Below, one piece after another: positions 14,219-23,302 of a DNA stretch of 32,000 nucleotides. The translations under genes and the position numbers were made by a program. Under the pieces are notes generated by a model, which saw only the letters and a list, made by a program, of their open reading frames with translations, was not told where the DNA came from and ran no database searches. This DNA is from an uncultured Nitrosopumilales archaeon (GTDB taxonomy: Archaea > Thermoproteota > Nitrososphaeria > Nitrososphaerales > Gagatemarchaeaceae): assembly GCA_964513805.1 (NCBI GenBank), contig CAZENV010000054.1, forward strand, positions 1 to 32,000, written 5' to 3'. How positions within the stretch are numbered: the first letter of the stretch is position 1; each line of letters starts with the position of its first letter.

Positions 14219-15094
14219 CTAGATCTCCGCCCTGATTTCAGAGAACTTCCTCCCTATGACGAACTTGACCGTGAGGTTCAGCGCGAGCATGAAGGCGACC
14301 AGTACCAGGGCCGCTCCCCAGGCCTGAACCTGCAGGCTCGCGTAGGGTGACTCGGCATAGTCGAAGATGAGGAGCGGGAGGGCAGGAGCCGGCTGGGTGA
14401 GGCTGCCGAGATAGAAGTAGCTTCCAAGGGCCGTCAGCAACAAGGGCGCGGTTTCGCCCGCCGCCCTCGCCACGGCGAGGAGGATGCCTGTCGCAAGCCC
14501 GTTCTTGCCCGTGCTGACCACGATCCTGATCACAGTCTTCCATCGTGAGATTCCGAGGGCCATGGAGGCCTCCCTCAACGTGGTCGGCACGATCTTGAGC
14601 GACTCTTCCGTGGTCCTGGCTACTATGGGCACCATGATGACCGCCAAGGCCACGGCACCCGCGATCGCCGAGAAGGTGTGGGTCGGAACCACGATGAGGA
14701 CGTAGACGAAGACCCCGGTGACGATCGTTGGGAACTCCGCCAGGACATCGTTGGTGAAGCTTGAGACTGTGGACAGCATGGACTCGGGCCATTCAGAGAA
14801 GAAGATGCCGGCCCCCACTCCTATCGGCACCGAGATCAGCACCGCGATGGCCACCAGGACCGCTGTCCCCTGGATGGCCGGACCTATCCCTCCGCCAGTG
14901 ACTCCGACTGGGGTCGGCGGGTTGATCAGAAAGGAGAGGCTGAGAGCTGGCGCCCCTTGGACCACGACGTCCGCCACTATGAGCACCAGGGGAACCAGGG
15001 CAAGCACTACCGCGAGGCCCACGAGCCCGGTCATCAGATGATCGAAGAGTCTTCTGCCGCGAGGCGTCGAATTGGAACTCGGGTTCGATGTCAT
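14219..15094 (-). CDS. pstA: Phosphate ABC transporter permease PstA
   Basis: Polytopic membrane protein with the EAA-type loop (REASMALGISRWKTVIRIV). SD-like AGGGTGA lies 7 nt upstream of the ATG. Position is between pstC and pstB. Confidence 0.9.
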   Translation of the reverse strand: MTSNPSSNSTPRGRRLFDHLMTGLVGLAVVLALVPLVLIVADVVVQGAPALSLSFLINPPTPVGVTGGGIGPAIQGTAVLVAIAVLISVPIGVGAGIFFSEWPESMLSTVSSFTNDVLAEFPTIVTGVFVYVLIVVPTHTFSAIAGAVALAVIMVPIVARTTEESLKIVPTTLREASMALGISRWKTVIRIVVSTGKNGLATGILLAVARAAGETAPLLLTALGSYFYLGSLTQPAPALPLLIFDYAESPYASLQVQAWGAALVLVAFMLALNLTVKFVIGRKFSEIRAEI

Positions 15095-15106
15095 CTCTGC
15101 GTCACC

Positions 15107-16096
15107 CTAGACCCTCATCCTCGTGCCCCTCGTGATTCTCCAGACCAGGAAACGCGCGAAGAAGTTGATCGCCAAGGCGACGAAGAAGAGGACCAGCCCC
15201 ATCTCCACCAGAGCCGACAGGTAGAGGGGGGTGCTCGCTTCAGTGAATTCGTTGACGATCACCGCTGCCAGGGTGTAGCCCCCCGAAAACAGGGACGGTG
15301 TGATCCTGGGGGCGTTCCCTATCACCATCGTCACTGCCATCGTCTCTCCCACTGCGCGCCCGAGGCCGAGGATGGTGGCACCGAATATCCCTGACCTGGC
15401 GTACGGAAGGACGGTCTTTCGGATCACCTCCCAGTTGGTTGCCCCGAGGGAGTACATTGCCTCCCTCTGGCTGTTGGGCACTGCGTTCAGAATGTCCCTG
15501 GACACGGCAGAGATCGTGGGGATTACCATTATGGCAAGAATCACGCCGGCAGTGAAGAAGTCGAGGCCGAACGGGGTCCCGCTGAAGAGCGGGACGAACC
15601 CGAGATAGGCGTGCAGGGGAGTCTCGACATATTGCCTGAGCATCGGGCTGAGGAAGAAAAGGCCCCAGAACCCGTAGATCACGCTGGGAACGGCAGCGAG
15701 GAGCTCCACGAGGGTCCCGACCGCGTACTTCACCGTCTTCATTCCTTTCGCCTTCTCCGAAAGAAAGATCGCAACGCCGAGGCTGATGGGCAGCCCGAAG
15801 AGGAGCGCAAGGAGGGACGTCAGGACCGTCCCGTAGAGAAACGGGAGAGCGCCGAAGATCTCGTGGACGGGGTCCCAGACGCTTCCTGAGAGGAAGGGGA
15901 AGCCGAAATGGTAGATCGAGAGGGTTGAGCCAGAATATACCTCGTAGCCCAGGGCGAGGATCAGCAGGACGATCACAAGGGCTGCCGCCCCCACAATCGC
16001 CTTGAGCAGCGCGTCTCCCTTGGGCTTGAAACTCACGAGGCCACCCTGCGGTCCGTTCATCTTGAATGGCCTATTTACACGTCGCTTGCAAAACAA
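15107..16096 (-). CDS. pstC: Phosphate ABC transporter permease PstC
   Basis: Polytopic permease with the loop REAMYSLGATNWEVIRKTVLPYARSG. The start is uncertain (TTG 16096 versus an internal ATG giving MNGPQGG). Confidence 0.9.
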   Translation of the reverse strand: MFCKRRVNRPFKMNGPQGGLVSFKPKGDALLKAIVGAAALVIVLLILALGYEVYSGSTLSIYHFGFPFLSGSVWDPVHEIFGALPFLYGTVLTSLLALLFGLPISLGVAIFLSEKAKGMKTVKYAVGTLVELLAAVPSVIYGFWGLFFLSPMLRQYVETPLHAYLGFVPLFSGTPFGLDFFTAGVILAIMVIPTISAVSRDILNAVPNSQREAMYSLGATNWEVIRKTVLPYARSGIFGATILGLGRAVGETMAVTMVIGNAPRITPSLFSGGYTLAAVIVNEFTEASTPLYLSALVEMGLVLFFVALAINFFARFLVWRITRGTRMRV

Positions 16097-16121
16097 AAAG
16101 GTGATGGACCCAGCCGCGAGG

Positions 16122-17321
16122 CTAGGGTCCGGTGTAGAGAGGGGTTCCGTTGTAGGTGACAGTCTTGAGTGTGGCGAGGTCCAGCTGCGCCACGTTCGAA
16201 GGAAGGGGCGGATATCCCAGGGAGCTACCCGCCGGCTGTCCAGAGTTCACGATCCACCATATGAAGTTCACAACAGCGGAGCCTTTCTGCTGGTCCGACT
16301 GCGCCTGGTAGACCAGGGCATAGGTGAAGGTCGTGATTGGGTAGATGCCCGAGTCCTTGGTATCGTTGAAGATGTTGTCTATGATGGACACGGTGGTCCA
16401 TTGTGCGCTTCCGGCTGGGAGGCCTGCGGCTCCTCCCGCCTGGACTGCCGACGCGATGTTGGTCAGGTTCGCGAGGACGAAGGTGCCCGCTCCATTCCTT
16501 ACCGCACCGTAGGAGATGGCCCCGGGGTTCTGGATCTGATAGGCGATCTCCAGGGGTCCCAGTGAGTATTGGGTGTTCTGGATGCAGCCCGCGACGCCTG
16601 CGTTACCCTTGCATCCTAGGCCAGTCGGCCAGTTCACCGAAGTTCCCTTGCCCACCTGAGTCTTCCATTGCGAGTTCGAATCCGAGAGGTAGTTGGTGAA
16701 GGCGAACATGGTCCCGCTTCCGTCGGACCTGTGGATGACTTGGATGGCATGAGCTGGCAGGGTGACGCCTGGGTTGAGGGCCGTCAGGGCCGGGTCGTTC
16801 CACTGGGTTATGCTGCCGAGGAAGATCCTGGCAAGCACATCGCCGGTGAACTTGACGCTGTTGGCGACTCCCGGAAGATTGTAGGCCGGGACCACCGCGC
16901 TGTCTGAAATGGGTATGGTTAGCAGGGTCGAGCCGCTAGGCAGGCCAACGTACTGTGCGGCGGTCAGCGGCGCGTCGCTCTCGCCGAAGTCCACCGTCTT
17001 GGCGGTGATCTGGGCGATTCCTGCTCCGCTGCCGACAGGGCTGTAGTTGACCTGGCCGCCCGTGACCTGACCGTATGTGTAGGTCCATTCCTGCATCAGG
17101 GGAGCGACGAGAGTTCCGCCCGCCCCGTTGATCTGGACCGGGATTGAGGTTGTGTGGCTGGTCGTGGCGGTGCTAGTGGTTGTAGTCGTGCTGACAATCG
17201 TGGTCGTCGTCCCGGGGTTGTTCCCGAAGGCGAAGTATGCGCCTGCCGCGACTATCACCGCGACAATGACCACAGCGACTGCAGCAACAGCTGTGCTGAC
17301 ACCATTTCTGCGTATTTGCAT
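16122..17321 (-). CDS. pstS: Phosphate-binding protein PstS, membrane-anchored through an N-terminal helix and a Thr-rich linker
   Basis: N-terminal TM (VAAVAVVIVAVIVAAGAYFAF), then TTTTIVSTTTTTSTATTSHTTS, then a PBP domain with INGAGGTLVAPLM...YSPVGSGAGI...DFGESDAPL...RSDGSGT (PstS phosphate-binding motifs). Confidence 0.9.
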   Translation of the reverse strand: MQIRRNGVSTAVAAVAVVIVAVIVAAGAYFAFGNNPGTTTTIVSTTTTTSTATTSHTTSIPVQINGAGGTLVAPLMQEWTYTYGQVTGGQVNYSPVGSGAGIAQITAKTVDFGESDAPLTAAQYVGLPSGSTLLTIPISDSAVVPAYNLPGVANSVKFTGDVLARIFLGSITQWNDPALTALNPGVTLPAHAIQVIHRSDGSGTMFAFTNYLSDSNSQWKTQVGKGTSVNWPTGLGCKGNAGVAGCIQNTQYSLGPLEIAYQIQNPGAISYGAVRNGAGTFVLANLTNIASAVQAGGAAGLPAGSAQWTTVSIIDNIFNDTKDSGIYPITTFTYALVYQAQSDQQKGSAVVNFIWWIVNSGQPAGSSLGYPPLPSNVAQLDLATLKTVTYNGTPLYTGP

Positions 17322-17556
17322 ATTCGGCCTTGGGCGCGTTCATGACAGTTATGTGCATCATCGAATGACACTATTGGGTATCCTTTGAAGTATAGAGTCT
17401 ACATTGCGTGCAGTCAACTAGGAGGAGCGCTCCCTGAAGCGGTGCCCGGGAACCCCATATTCTCGTGCGCTCTCCGGGGTTCCGGCTCAATCCTGCAGGA
17501 AAAGTATATGTTTCTGGGATGACTTTATAGTGGGTATATACTAGGTCTGCCCTGGC
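17322..17556. promoter_or_regulatory. Divergent promoter/operator region between pstS (-) and the AbrB-PhoU regulator (+)
   Basis: Plus side: AAGTATATG (17501-17509), CTTTATAG (about 17523-17530) and the palindrome GTATATAC (17534-17541) lie upstream of ATG 17557. Minus side: TCTATACT (about 17391-17398) lies about 70 nt upstream of the pstS ATG. Also present are an inverted repeat GGAACCCC/GGGGTTCC (17449-17456 / 17476-17483) and two TGTCAT hexamers (minus sense) 22 nt apart. Confidence 0.5.
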
Positions 17557-18573
17557 ATGGAGTTCAGAAGAGTGCAGGTGACTGGCGGGAACAGTTTCGT
17601 CGTGTCCCTTCCCAAGACGTGGGTGAAGGACATCGGGCTGAAACCGAAGGACGCTGTAGCCGTGATCCCCCAGCCTGACTCGTCGCTTCTCATCGTTCCC
17701 CGCAGGGACCTGAGGGAGACTTCGAAATCCGAGACGGCCATAGAGGCGTTGGCCGCCACCGGCGAAGACAAGCTTCTCCGGCAGTTCATCTCTTGCTATC
17801 TGGCTGGTTACGACATAATCAGAATAAGCGCTGGTCGCGCCGACCCTTCGCTCCGGAACGCAATCAAGGAGGGGATCAGGAGGAAGCTGGTCGGAGTCGA
17901 GATAATCGAGGAGTCGTCCGCAGGCATGCTGACGCAATGTCTCTCGGGGTACGTGGACTTCCCTCTGAAGAAGGCTCTCGAGCGGATGTCGATAATCGCC
18001 GGGAGCATGTTGACCGACGCCGTCAGCGTGCTCCACAGCAAAGGAGTCGAACTTGGACAGGAGGTGGTGCTCAGGGACGACGAGGTTGACAGGTTCTACC
18101 ACTTCATACTCAGGCAGCTGAACATAGCGGTAAGGGACAGGTCGGTGATCCAGGAAATCGGGCTCAGCTCTCCCAGGGACTGCCTGGGTTACAGGCTCGC
18201 AGCCAAGAGCGCGGAGAGGGTTGCAGACCACGCCACGTCGATTGCGCTGCAGGCGGAAAACCTCCAAGCCATACCGGAGAGCGCCTTCAAGAAGGTCCAG
18301 GACATGGCGGAGGCAGCGAAGAAGGTCTTCGACAGCTCGGTCAACTCCCTCCTCAGGCTCGACGCGAGGCTCGCTGAGGAGGCGATAAACAAGGCGAGGG
18401 AGGTCGTCCGCGCGGAGGACAAGCTGAGCGGCGAAGTGCTGGCACCCAAGATGACCAGCGCCCAGGTCGCGTCCGCAAGGTTGATGCTCGAGAGCATCGG
18501 CAGGGTGGCCGAGTACGGCTCTGACATCTCCGAGATCGCGATAGATCTGACGGTGAAGGAGCCGCAAACATAG
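17557..18573 (+). CDS. Phosphate uptake regulator, AbrB/SpoVT DNA-binding domain fused to two PhoU domains
   Basis: N-terminus MEFRRVQVTGGNSFVVSLPKTWVKDIGLKPKDAVAVIPQPDSSLLIVP is the AbrB/SpoVT swapped-hairpin motif. It is followed by two PhoU-like repeats (..DDEVDRFYHFILRQL.. and ..RLAAKSAERVADHATSIA.. / ..ESIGRVAEYGSDISEIA). Confidence 0.85.
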   Translation: MEFRRVQVTGGNSFVVSLPKTWVKDIGLKPKDAVAVIPQPDSSLLIVPRRDLRETSKSETAIEALAATGEDKLLRQFISCYLAGYDIIRISAGRADPSLRNAIKEGIRRKLVGVEIIEESSAGMLTQCLSGYVDFPLKKALERMSIIAGSMLTDAVSVLHSKGVELGQEVVLRDDEVDRFYHFILRQLNIAVRDRSVIQEIGLSSPRDCLGYRLAAKSAERVADHATSIALQAENLQAIPESAFKKVQDMAEAAKKVFDSSVNSLLRLDARLAEEAINKAREVVRAEDKLSGEVLAPKMTSAQVASARLMLESIGRVAEYGSDISEIAIDLTVKEPQT

Positions 18574-18590
18574 ACGTGCAGGAGAGAATC

Positions 18591-18980
18591 TCAGTCGAGC
18601 TCTGGAAGCTCGCACATCCTCTCCATCATCTGCTGCAGGGCGGAGGTCCCTTCGTCGGTGAGGCGGAAGTACTCCACGACCGATTCTCCCCTGAGCTCGG
18701 ACACGGCGTCCACGAGGTACATCCTCTGAAGCCTGTCGAGCAGGGAGATGAAGTCGTCGTCTGACAGCCCGAGCTGCTTCCTCAACGTTCCGGGGCTGAC
18801 TCCCTTCGAGCCCGAAAGAACAAACAAGGCGCGGAAGGAGGATGCCAGCCGCCTAGCGTCGTCTTTTTGCGCCAGGTAGCCAATGCCGCTTGTCATTGCG
18901 AGTTGCATTCCCTTTTTCACGGAAGTGGCGGGGGCAGGGCGGGTTAAGTTGGTTGCCGACTTGGATGCAGACTGGAACAA
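18591..18980 (-). CDS. Small winged-helix (MarR/PadR-like) protein downstream of kdpC; start uncertain (TTG 18980 or ATG 18908)
   Basis: ..SKGVSPGTLRKQLGLSDDDFISLLDRLQRMYLVDAVSELRGESVVEYFRLTDEGTSAL has an HTH-plus-wing pattern. A TATATCC box (minus sense, about 18984-18992) immediately upstream of TTG 18980 favours the ATG at 18908 (105 aa). Confidence 0.5.
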   Translation of the reverse strand: MFQSASKSATNLTRPAPATSVKKGMQLAMTSGIGYLAQKDDARRLASSFRALFVLSGSKGVSPGTLRKQLGLSDDDFISLLDRLQRMYLVDAVSELRGESVVEYFRLTDEGTSALQQMMERMCELPELD

Positions 18981-19026
18981 TAGGATATAGAGACACCATA
19001 GACCGGGACGATACGGCTTCCGAGGG

Positions 19027-19485
19027 CTAGTGGACGCCGCCGTATGCCGACGGGTAAGCCTGGACCAGAGCCAAGTTCAGGTCTAGGACGTTGACGTACG
19101 GGTCGCCGAACATGGCGGATATCCCGTCGGTCCTGCTCTCCACCAGACTCCTTAGCGCGTCTGGAGGGATGTTGGTCGCTCCGCTGATGCGTGGAATCTG
19201 GGAGTAGGCGTCCTGAACGGTGATGTCGGGGTCGACCCCGGAGGCGGAATCGTTCCTGGGATGGAAGAACGACGGCTGGCTGAAGTTCTGAGCAATGAGC
19301 TCGGAGCCCGCGGTGCGGCCGCTGAACTGGACAAGCTCGCCGTTTGCCTGATAGGGCAGGAAGACCTGGGCGACGGCCGTGATGAAGAGGGGGAAGAAGA
19401 GGCCGCAGAGAAGGAGCGAAACAAGAGCGATGCCGATTACCGGCCTGAGCCGGACGGCGCTGTTCCCCGACTTTGTGCTATCCAA
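19027..19485 (-). CDS. kdpC: K+-transporting ATPase subunit KdpC
   Basis: N-terminal TM, then FPLFITAVAQVFLPYQANGELVQFSGRTAGSELIAQNFSQPSFFHPR (KdpC family pattern). TTG start with SD-like AGGTGG 5 nt upstream. Shorter (152 aa) than bacterial KdpC. Confidence 0.85.
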   Translation of the reverse strand: MDSTKSGNSAVRLRPVIGIALVSLLLCGLFFPLFITAVAQVFLPYQANGELVQFSGRTAGSELIAQNFSQPSFFHPRNDSASGVDPDITVQDAYSQIPRISGATNIPPDALRSLVESRTDGISAMFGDPYVNVLDLNLALVQAYPSAYGGVH

Positions 19486-19494
19486 CTAGACCAC

Positions 19495-21525
19495 CTAGAT
19501 GTGTCCCAGCGACAGCAGGATGTCTATCGCCTTGATTCCGATGAACGGCGCCACCACCCCACCTCCGCCAAAGATCAGCGTGTTCCTGATGAATATCTTC
19601 ATGGTGTCCGACGGCCTGAACGTCACGCCCCGCATGGCGAGCGGAATCAGAAGCGGGATGACCAAGGCGTTGAAGACGAGCGCGGAAAGCACCGCGGTGT
19701 GGAGACCCAGGTTGAGCACGTTGAGGGCCTGCAGGCTGGGCGCTGCTGCCGCGAAGAGGACCGGCACTATCGCGAAGTACTTCGCCACGTCGTTCGTTAT
19801 GCTGAATGTGGTGACCGCACCGCGGGTCATGAGCAGCTGCTTGCCCAGCATCACGACGTCGATGATCTTGGCGGGATTCGACTCGAGGTCCACCATGTTT
19901 GCGGCCTCCTTCGCTGGTTCGGTCCCCGAGTTCATCGCTAGGCCGATGTCGGCCATCGCCAGGGCCGGCGCGTCGTTGGTCCCGTCCCCTATCATGGCGA
20001 CCACCCTCGCTTGAGACTGCTCACGCCTCACGATGGCGTACTTGTCCTCGGGCTTGGCTTGCGGCACGTACTCTTCGATGCCCACCTCTCCCGCGATGCT
20101 CTTGGCCGTCAGGGGCTGGTCACCAGTGATCATCACAGGCCTTATCCCCATGGCCTTGACTGCGTTCACTCTCTCCTTGATGTCGGGCTTCAGGACGTCC
20201 CGCAGCCTGATCAGTCCCAGGATATCTCCGTCCACGGACAGCGCAAGCGGCGTGTCGCCCTTCGACGCGATCTCGTCTGCCCGCGCCTCGAAGTCGTGCG
20301 GTATCGAGCTGGCAATTCCGATTATGGCGTCCGGCGCCCCCTTCACTATCGTTATCTCTCCCTCGGATGCGCTGGCGTTCAGCGCGTCGTAGAGCTTCCG
20401 GCTCTTCCTCTCCCTCTGCTCGAGCTTGCTGCCTCCCTTGGGGAGCGAGTAGGCGCCTCTTGCTGCGAGCTTGACGCTGCTGGTCCTGGTGGCGGCCGAG
20501 AACTCGGAAACCGATGCGAGAGCCAGCGAGTTGAGTTCCCTGGGAATGGTGCCCATCTCGTACGCCAACCTGACGATGCTCCGTCCCTCGGGAGTGTCGT
20601 CGTACCAGGAAGAGAGGAACGCCGCCTCACCAAACTCCTTGGCCGAGTGGCCGTTCAGGGGGATGAACTCTGTGGCCTGCCTGTTCCCGATGGTGATGGT
20701 GCCTGTCTTGTCAAGCAGGATGACATCGGCGTCTCCTGCCGCCTCTATTGCCTTCCCCGATTTCGCCACTACCCGCTTCTCGTAGAGCCGCGACACCCCC
20801 GAGAGGCCAATCGATGGGAGGAGAGCGCCGATTGTGGTCGGCAGAAGGCAGACGTAGAGCGCGATCAACACCGAAAGGTCCCCGCCCAGGTCGAGGGCGA
20901 TGGAGAGACCCGCCAGGGCGAGAACGACGACCGTGAAGATCGCGGTCAGGCCGACTATGACCATCGACACTGCCTGCTCGTTGGGGGTCTTCGGCCTCTT
21001 GGCAGCCTCGACCATCTGGATCATCTTGTTGATGTAGGAGTCCTCGGGGTTCACGGTGACCCTCGCGAGCATTGCATCACTGACAAGGGTTGAACCCCCG
21101 ATCAGAACGTCGCCGGGGGCCTTCCTGACGGCGGCAGACTCGCCGGTCAGCAGAGACTCGTCCAGCATCCCAATCCCCTCGAGGACCTCGGCGTCTATCG
21201 GTACGAGGTCGCCCCGTTCCAGTCGGACCAGGTCGCCCCTTCGCAGATCTGAGGACGGAGTCGGTATCACTTTTTCAGACCACTGCTCGCGAATGACCTT
21301 CTTGCTCAGCGCCTCGCTCTCGAGCCTCCTGAGGCTGCTGGCGGTGTTCCTGGCTTGCTGTTCAGCCAGGGCATCCGAGAGCGTGCTGAACCAGACGGTG
21401 ATGAGAAGGACGGCGGCCACGGCGGCGTAGAAGGACCTGTCACCGACGCTCGAAAGCGGGACGAAGGGCGACGGGTCGATCGCCATCGCAGCCACTATGA
21501 AGAAGGCGAGCTCGACGATGAGCAT
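19495..21525 (-). CDS. kdpB: K+-transporting P-type ATPase subunit KdpB (homologous coding sequence continues upstream to about 21660 without a canonical start)
   Basis: P-type ATPase motifs are present: TGES, DKTGTIT, MITGDQPLTA, GDGTNDAPALA. See the finding on the N-terminus. Confidence 0.95.
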   Translation of the reverse strand: MLIVELAFFIVAAMAIDPSPFVPLSSVGDRSFYAAVAAVLLITVWFSTLSDALAEQQARNTASSLRRLESEALSKKVIREQWSEKVIPTPSSDLRRGDLVRLERGDLVPIDAEVLEGIGMLDESLLTGESAAVRKAPGDVLIGGSTLVSDAMLARVTVNPEDSYINKMIQMVEAAKRPKTPNEQAVSMVIVGLTAIFTVVVLALAGLSIALDLGGDLSVLIALYVCLLPTTIGALLPSIGLSGVSRLYEKRVVAKSGKAIEAAGDADVILLDKTGTITIGNRQATEFIPLNGHSAKEFGEAAFLSSWYDDTPEGRSIVRLAYEMGTIPRELNSLALASVSEFSAATRTSSVKLAARGAYSLPKGGSKLEQRERKSRKLYDALNASASEGEITIVKGAPDAIIGIASSIPHDFEARADEIASKGDTPLALSVDGDILGLIRLRDVLKPDIKERVNAVKAMGIRPVMITGDQPLTAKSIAGEVGIEEYVPQAKPEDKYAIVRREQSQARVVAMIGDGTNDAPALAMADIGLAMNSGTEPAKEAANMVDLESNPAKIIDVVMLGKQLLMTRGAVTTFSITNDVAKYFAIVPVLFAAAAPSLQALNVLNLGLHTAVLSALVFNALVIPLLIPLAMRGVTFRPSDTMKIFIRNTLIFGGGGVVAPFIGIKAIDILLSLGHI

Positions 21526-21646
21526 TACGGGGTTCGAGGCGAGGGAGAGCGGGCTGAGCCTGACCAGCGAGTCTCTGACGACCCTGGCCGACAGGATGGT
21601 GCGTCTTCGGCCGGCCTCGGCGGCCGCTCCGACCCTGGCTGGCCGG

Positions 21647-23302
21647 CTAGCCGAGGCTGTTCACCTGTCCGTGGAAGTACTGAAGGAGGGGGCCTAGGGC
21701 CAGGAACGGGAAGAACGCGAGGACCACGAGGACGAGTATGCTCCCGACCAGCACCACCGAAAAAATCATGCTGTCGGTCCTCAGCCCGACCTGTGGACTC
21801 CGTCTCCTGCCAAGCATCGAGCCGCCCATGGCCAGAAGTATCCCAATCGGCGCGTATCGGCCGAGCAAGATCACGATGGCGGTGGCGATGTTGAAGAAGG
21901 GAGTGTTGGCTGCAGCGCCGAAGAAGTCCGAGCCGTTGTTGGCGGCGGCAGTGGTGAACTCGTAGAGGACCTTGGTGAAGCCGATGGAGTTTGCGGACGC
22001 CCCGATCTGGGCAGCTGCTCCCGAGGCGAAGGCGAGAAGGGTGGGAACGAGTATGATGATCGGGTGGACGAGGAACGCCAGAATGACGAGCTTGACGTCC
22101 CTAGCCGTTATCTTGATCCCGAGATACTCAGGGGTCCTCCCGGACATCAGCCCCACCACGAAGACGGTGATCACGATGAACATGACCATGTACATCAGCC
22201 CTACGCCGTTGCCGCCCGGCGTGGCCTGAATCAGCATGCCCAGGAAGGCCGAAACGACGGTCAAGGGGTGCATCGCTGCAAGTGATGAGTTGACCGAGCC
22301 CGTGGTGACAGCGGTGGTCACGGCTGTCCAGAACGCTGAGAAGAATCCTCCGAATCGCGTTTCGATGCCGGCTCCCAGGGATGTGTTCGGGATGAGGGCG
22401 ATGGCGAGGTCTATGGCGAACAGGGAGTAGGCACCGATGAGTATTGGCCTGTACTCGCGCTTCTTGCCCAAGAGCTCTCCGTAGGCGAAGATGAGTGCGG
22501 TCGGAAGGAGCAGCATCAGGAAGATCTCGAACACATCTGTGACTGGGCTGGGGTTCTGGAACGGGTAGGCTGAGTTGGCGCCGTAGTATCCGCCGCCGTT
22601 GGTCCCCAGCTGCATGATGGAGACGAGCGATGCGACTGGCCCCACGAGAATCGACTGGGTCGCCCCCGTCAGGGTCGTGACTGTCTGGTAGCCGTTGAGG
22701 GTCTGTGGGATGCCGAGGGCCACCAGAACGACAGCGGCGATCACGCAGAGCGGAATCAGCAGCCTAGTGAGCGTCCTGACGAAGTCTACAAAGAAATTCC
22801 CCAGATTCTTCGAGCCGGTGATGAAACAGCGCACCATTGCCGCGGCCATGCATATCCCGGTGGCCGCGGAGGTGAACTGGAGAAACTGGATCGCTGTCAT
22901 CTGGCTGAGGTAGGATAGCGTCGTCTCGCCGCTGTAGTGCTGCAGGTTCGTGTTGGTGGCGAATGAGACTACCGTGTTGAGGGCGAGGTCCCAGCTCATG
23001 CCCGGGAACCCCTGAGGGTTCAGGGGAAGGACTCCCTGGAAGAGCAGGATGGAGAAGGCTATCGCCATCTGGGCTAGATTGAGGGAGAGCCCCGAGAGGA
23101 AATACTCCTTCCATCCCATGCCGCGGGACGTGTCTACCCCGGTCACCCTGAAGACGAGGTTCTCCACAGGCGTCAGGAAGCGGTCAAGGCGGCTGGGTGC
23201 GCTCGTGAATATGCCCGCGATGTGTGGGGCGAGGAGCTTACCGACAGCGAGCGCGCTGCCCAGGATTGTGATTATGAAGAGTGATTGCTCGAAGTCTATC
23301 AT
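21647..23302 (-). CDS. kdpA: K+-transporting ATPase subunit KdpA
   Basis: 551-aa polytopic protein with KdpA selectivity-filter-like repeats (FATNTNLQHYSGE, QLGTNGGGYYGANSA, TTGSVNS, AANNGSDF). Confidence 0.95.
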   Translation of the reverse strand: MIDFEQSLFIITILGSALAVGKLLAPHIAGIFTSAPSRLDRFLTPVENLVFRVTGVDTSRGMGWKEYFLSGLSLNLAQMAIAFSILLFQGVLPLNPQGFPGMSWDLALNTVVSFATNTNLQHYSGETTLSYLSQMTAIQFLQFTSAATGICMAAAMVRCFITGSKNLGNFFVDFVRTLTRLLIPLCVIAAVVLVALGIPQTLNGYQTVTTLTGATQSILVGPVASLVSIMQLGTNGGGYYGANSAYPFQNPSPVTDVFEIFLMLLLPTALIFAYGELLGKKREYRPILIGAYSLFAIDLAIALIPNTSLGAGIETRFGGFFSAFWTAVTTAVTTGSVNSSLAAMHPLTVVSAFLGMLIQATPGGNGVGLMYMVMFIVITVFVVGLMSGRTPEYLGIKITARDVKLVILAFLVHPIIILVPTLLAFASGAAAQIGASANSIGFTKVLYEFTTAAANNGSDFFGAAANTPFFNIATAIVILLGRYAPIGILLAMGGSMLGRRRSPQVGLRTDSMIFSVVLVGSILVLVVLAFFPFLALGPLLQYFHGQVNSLG

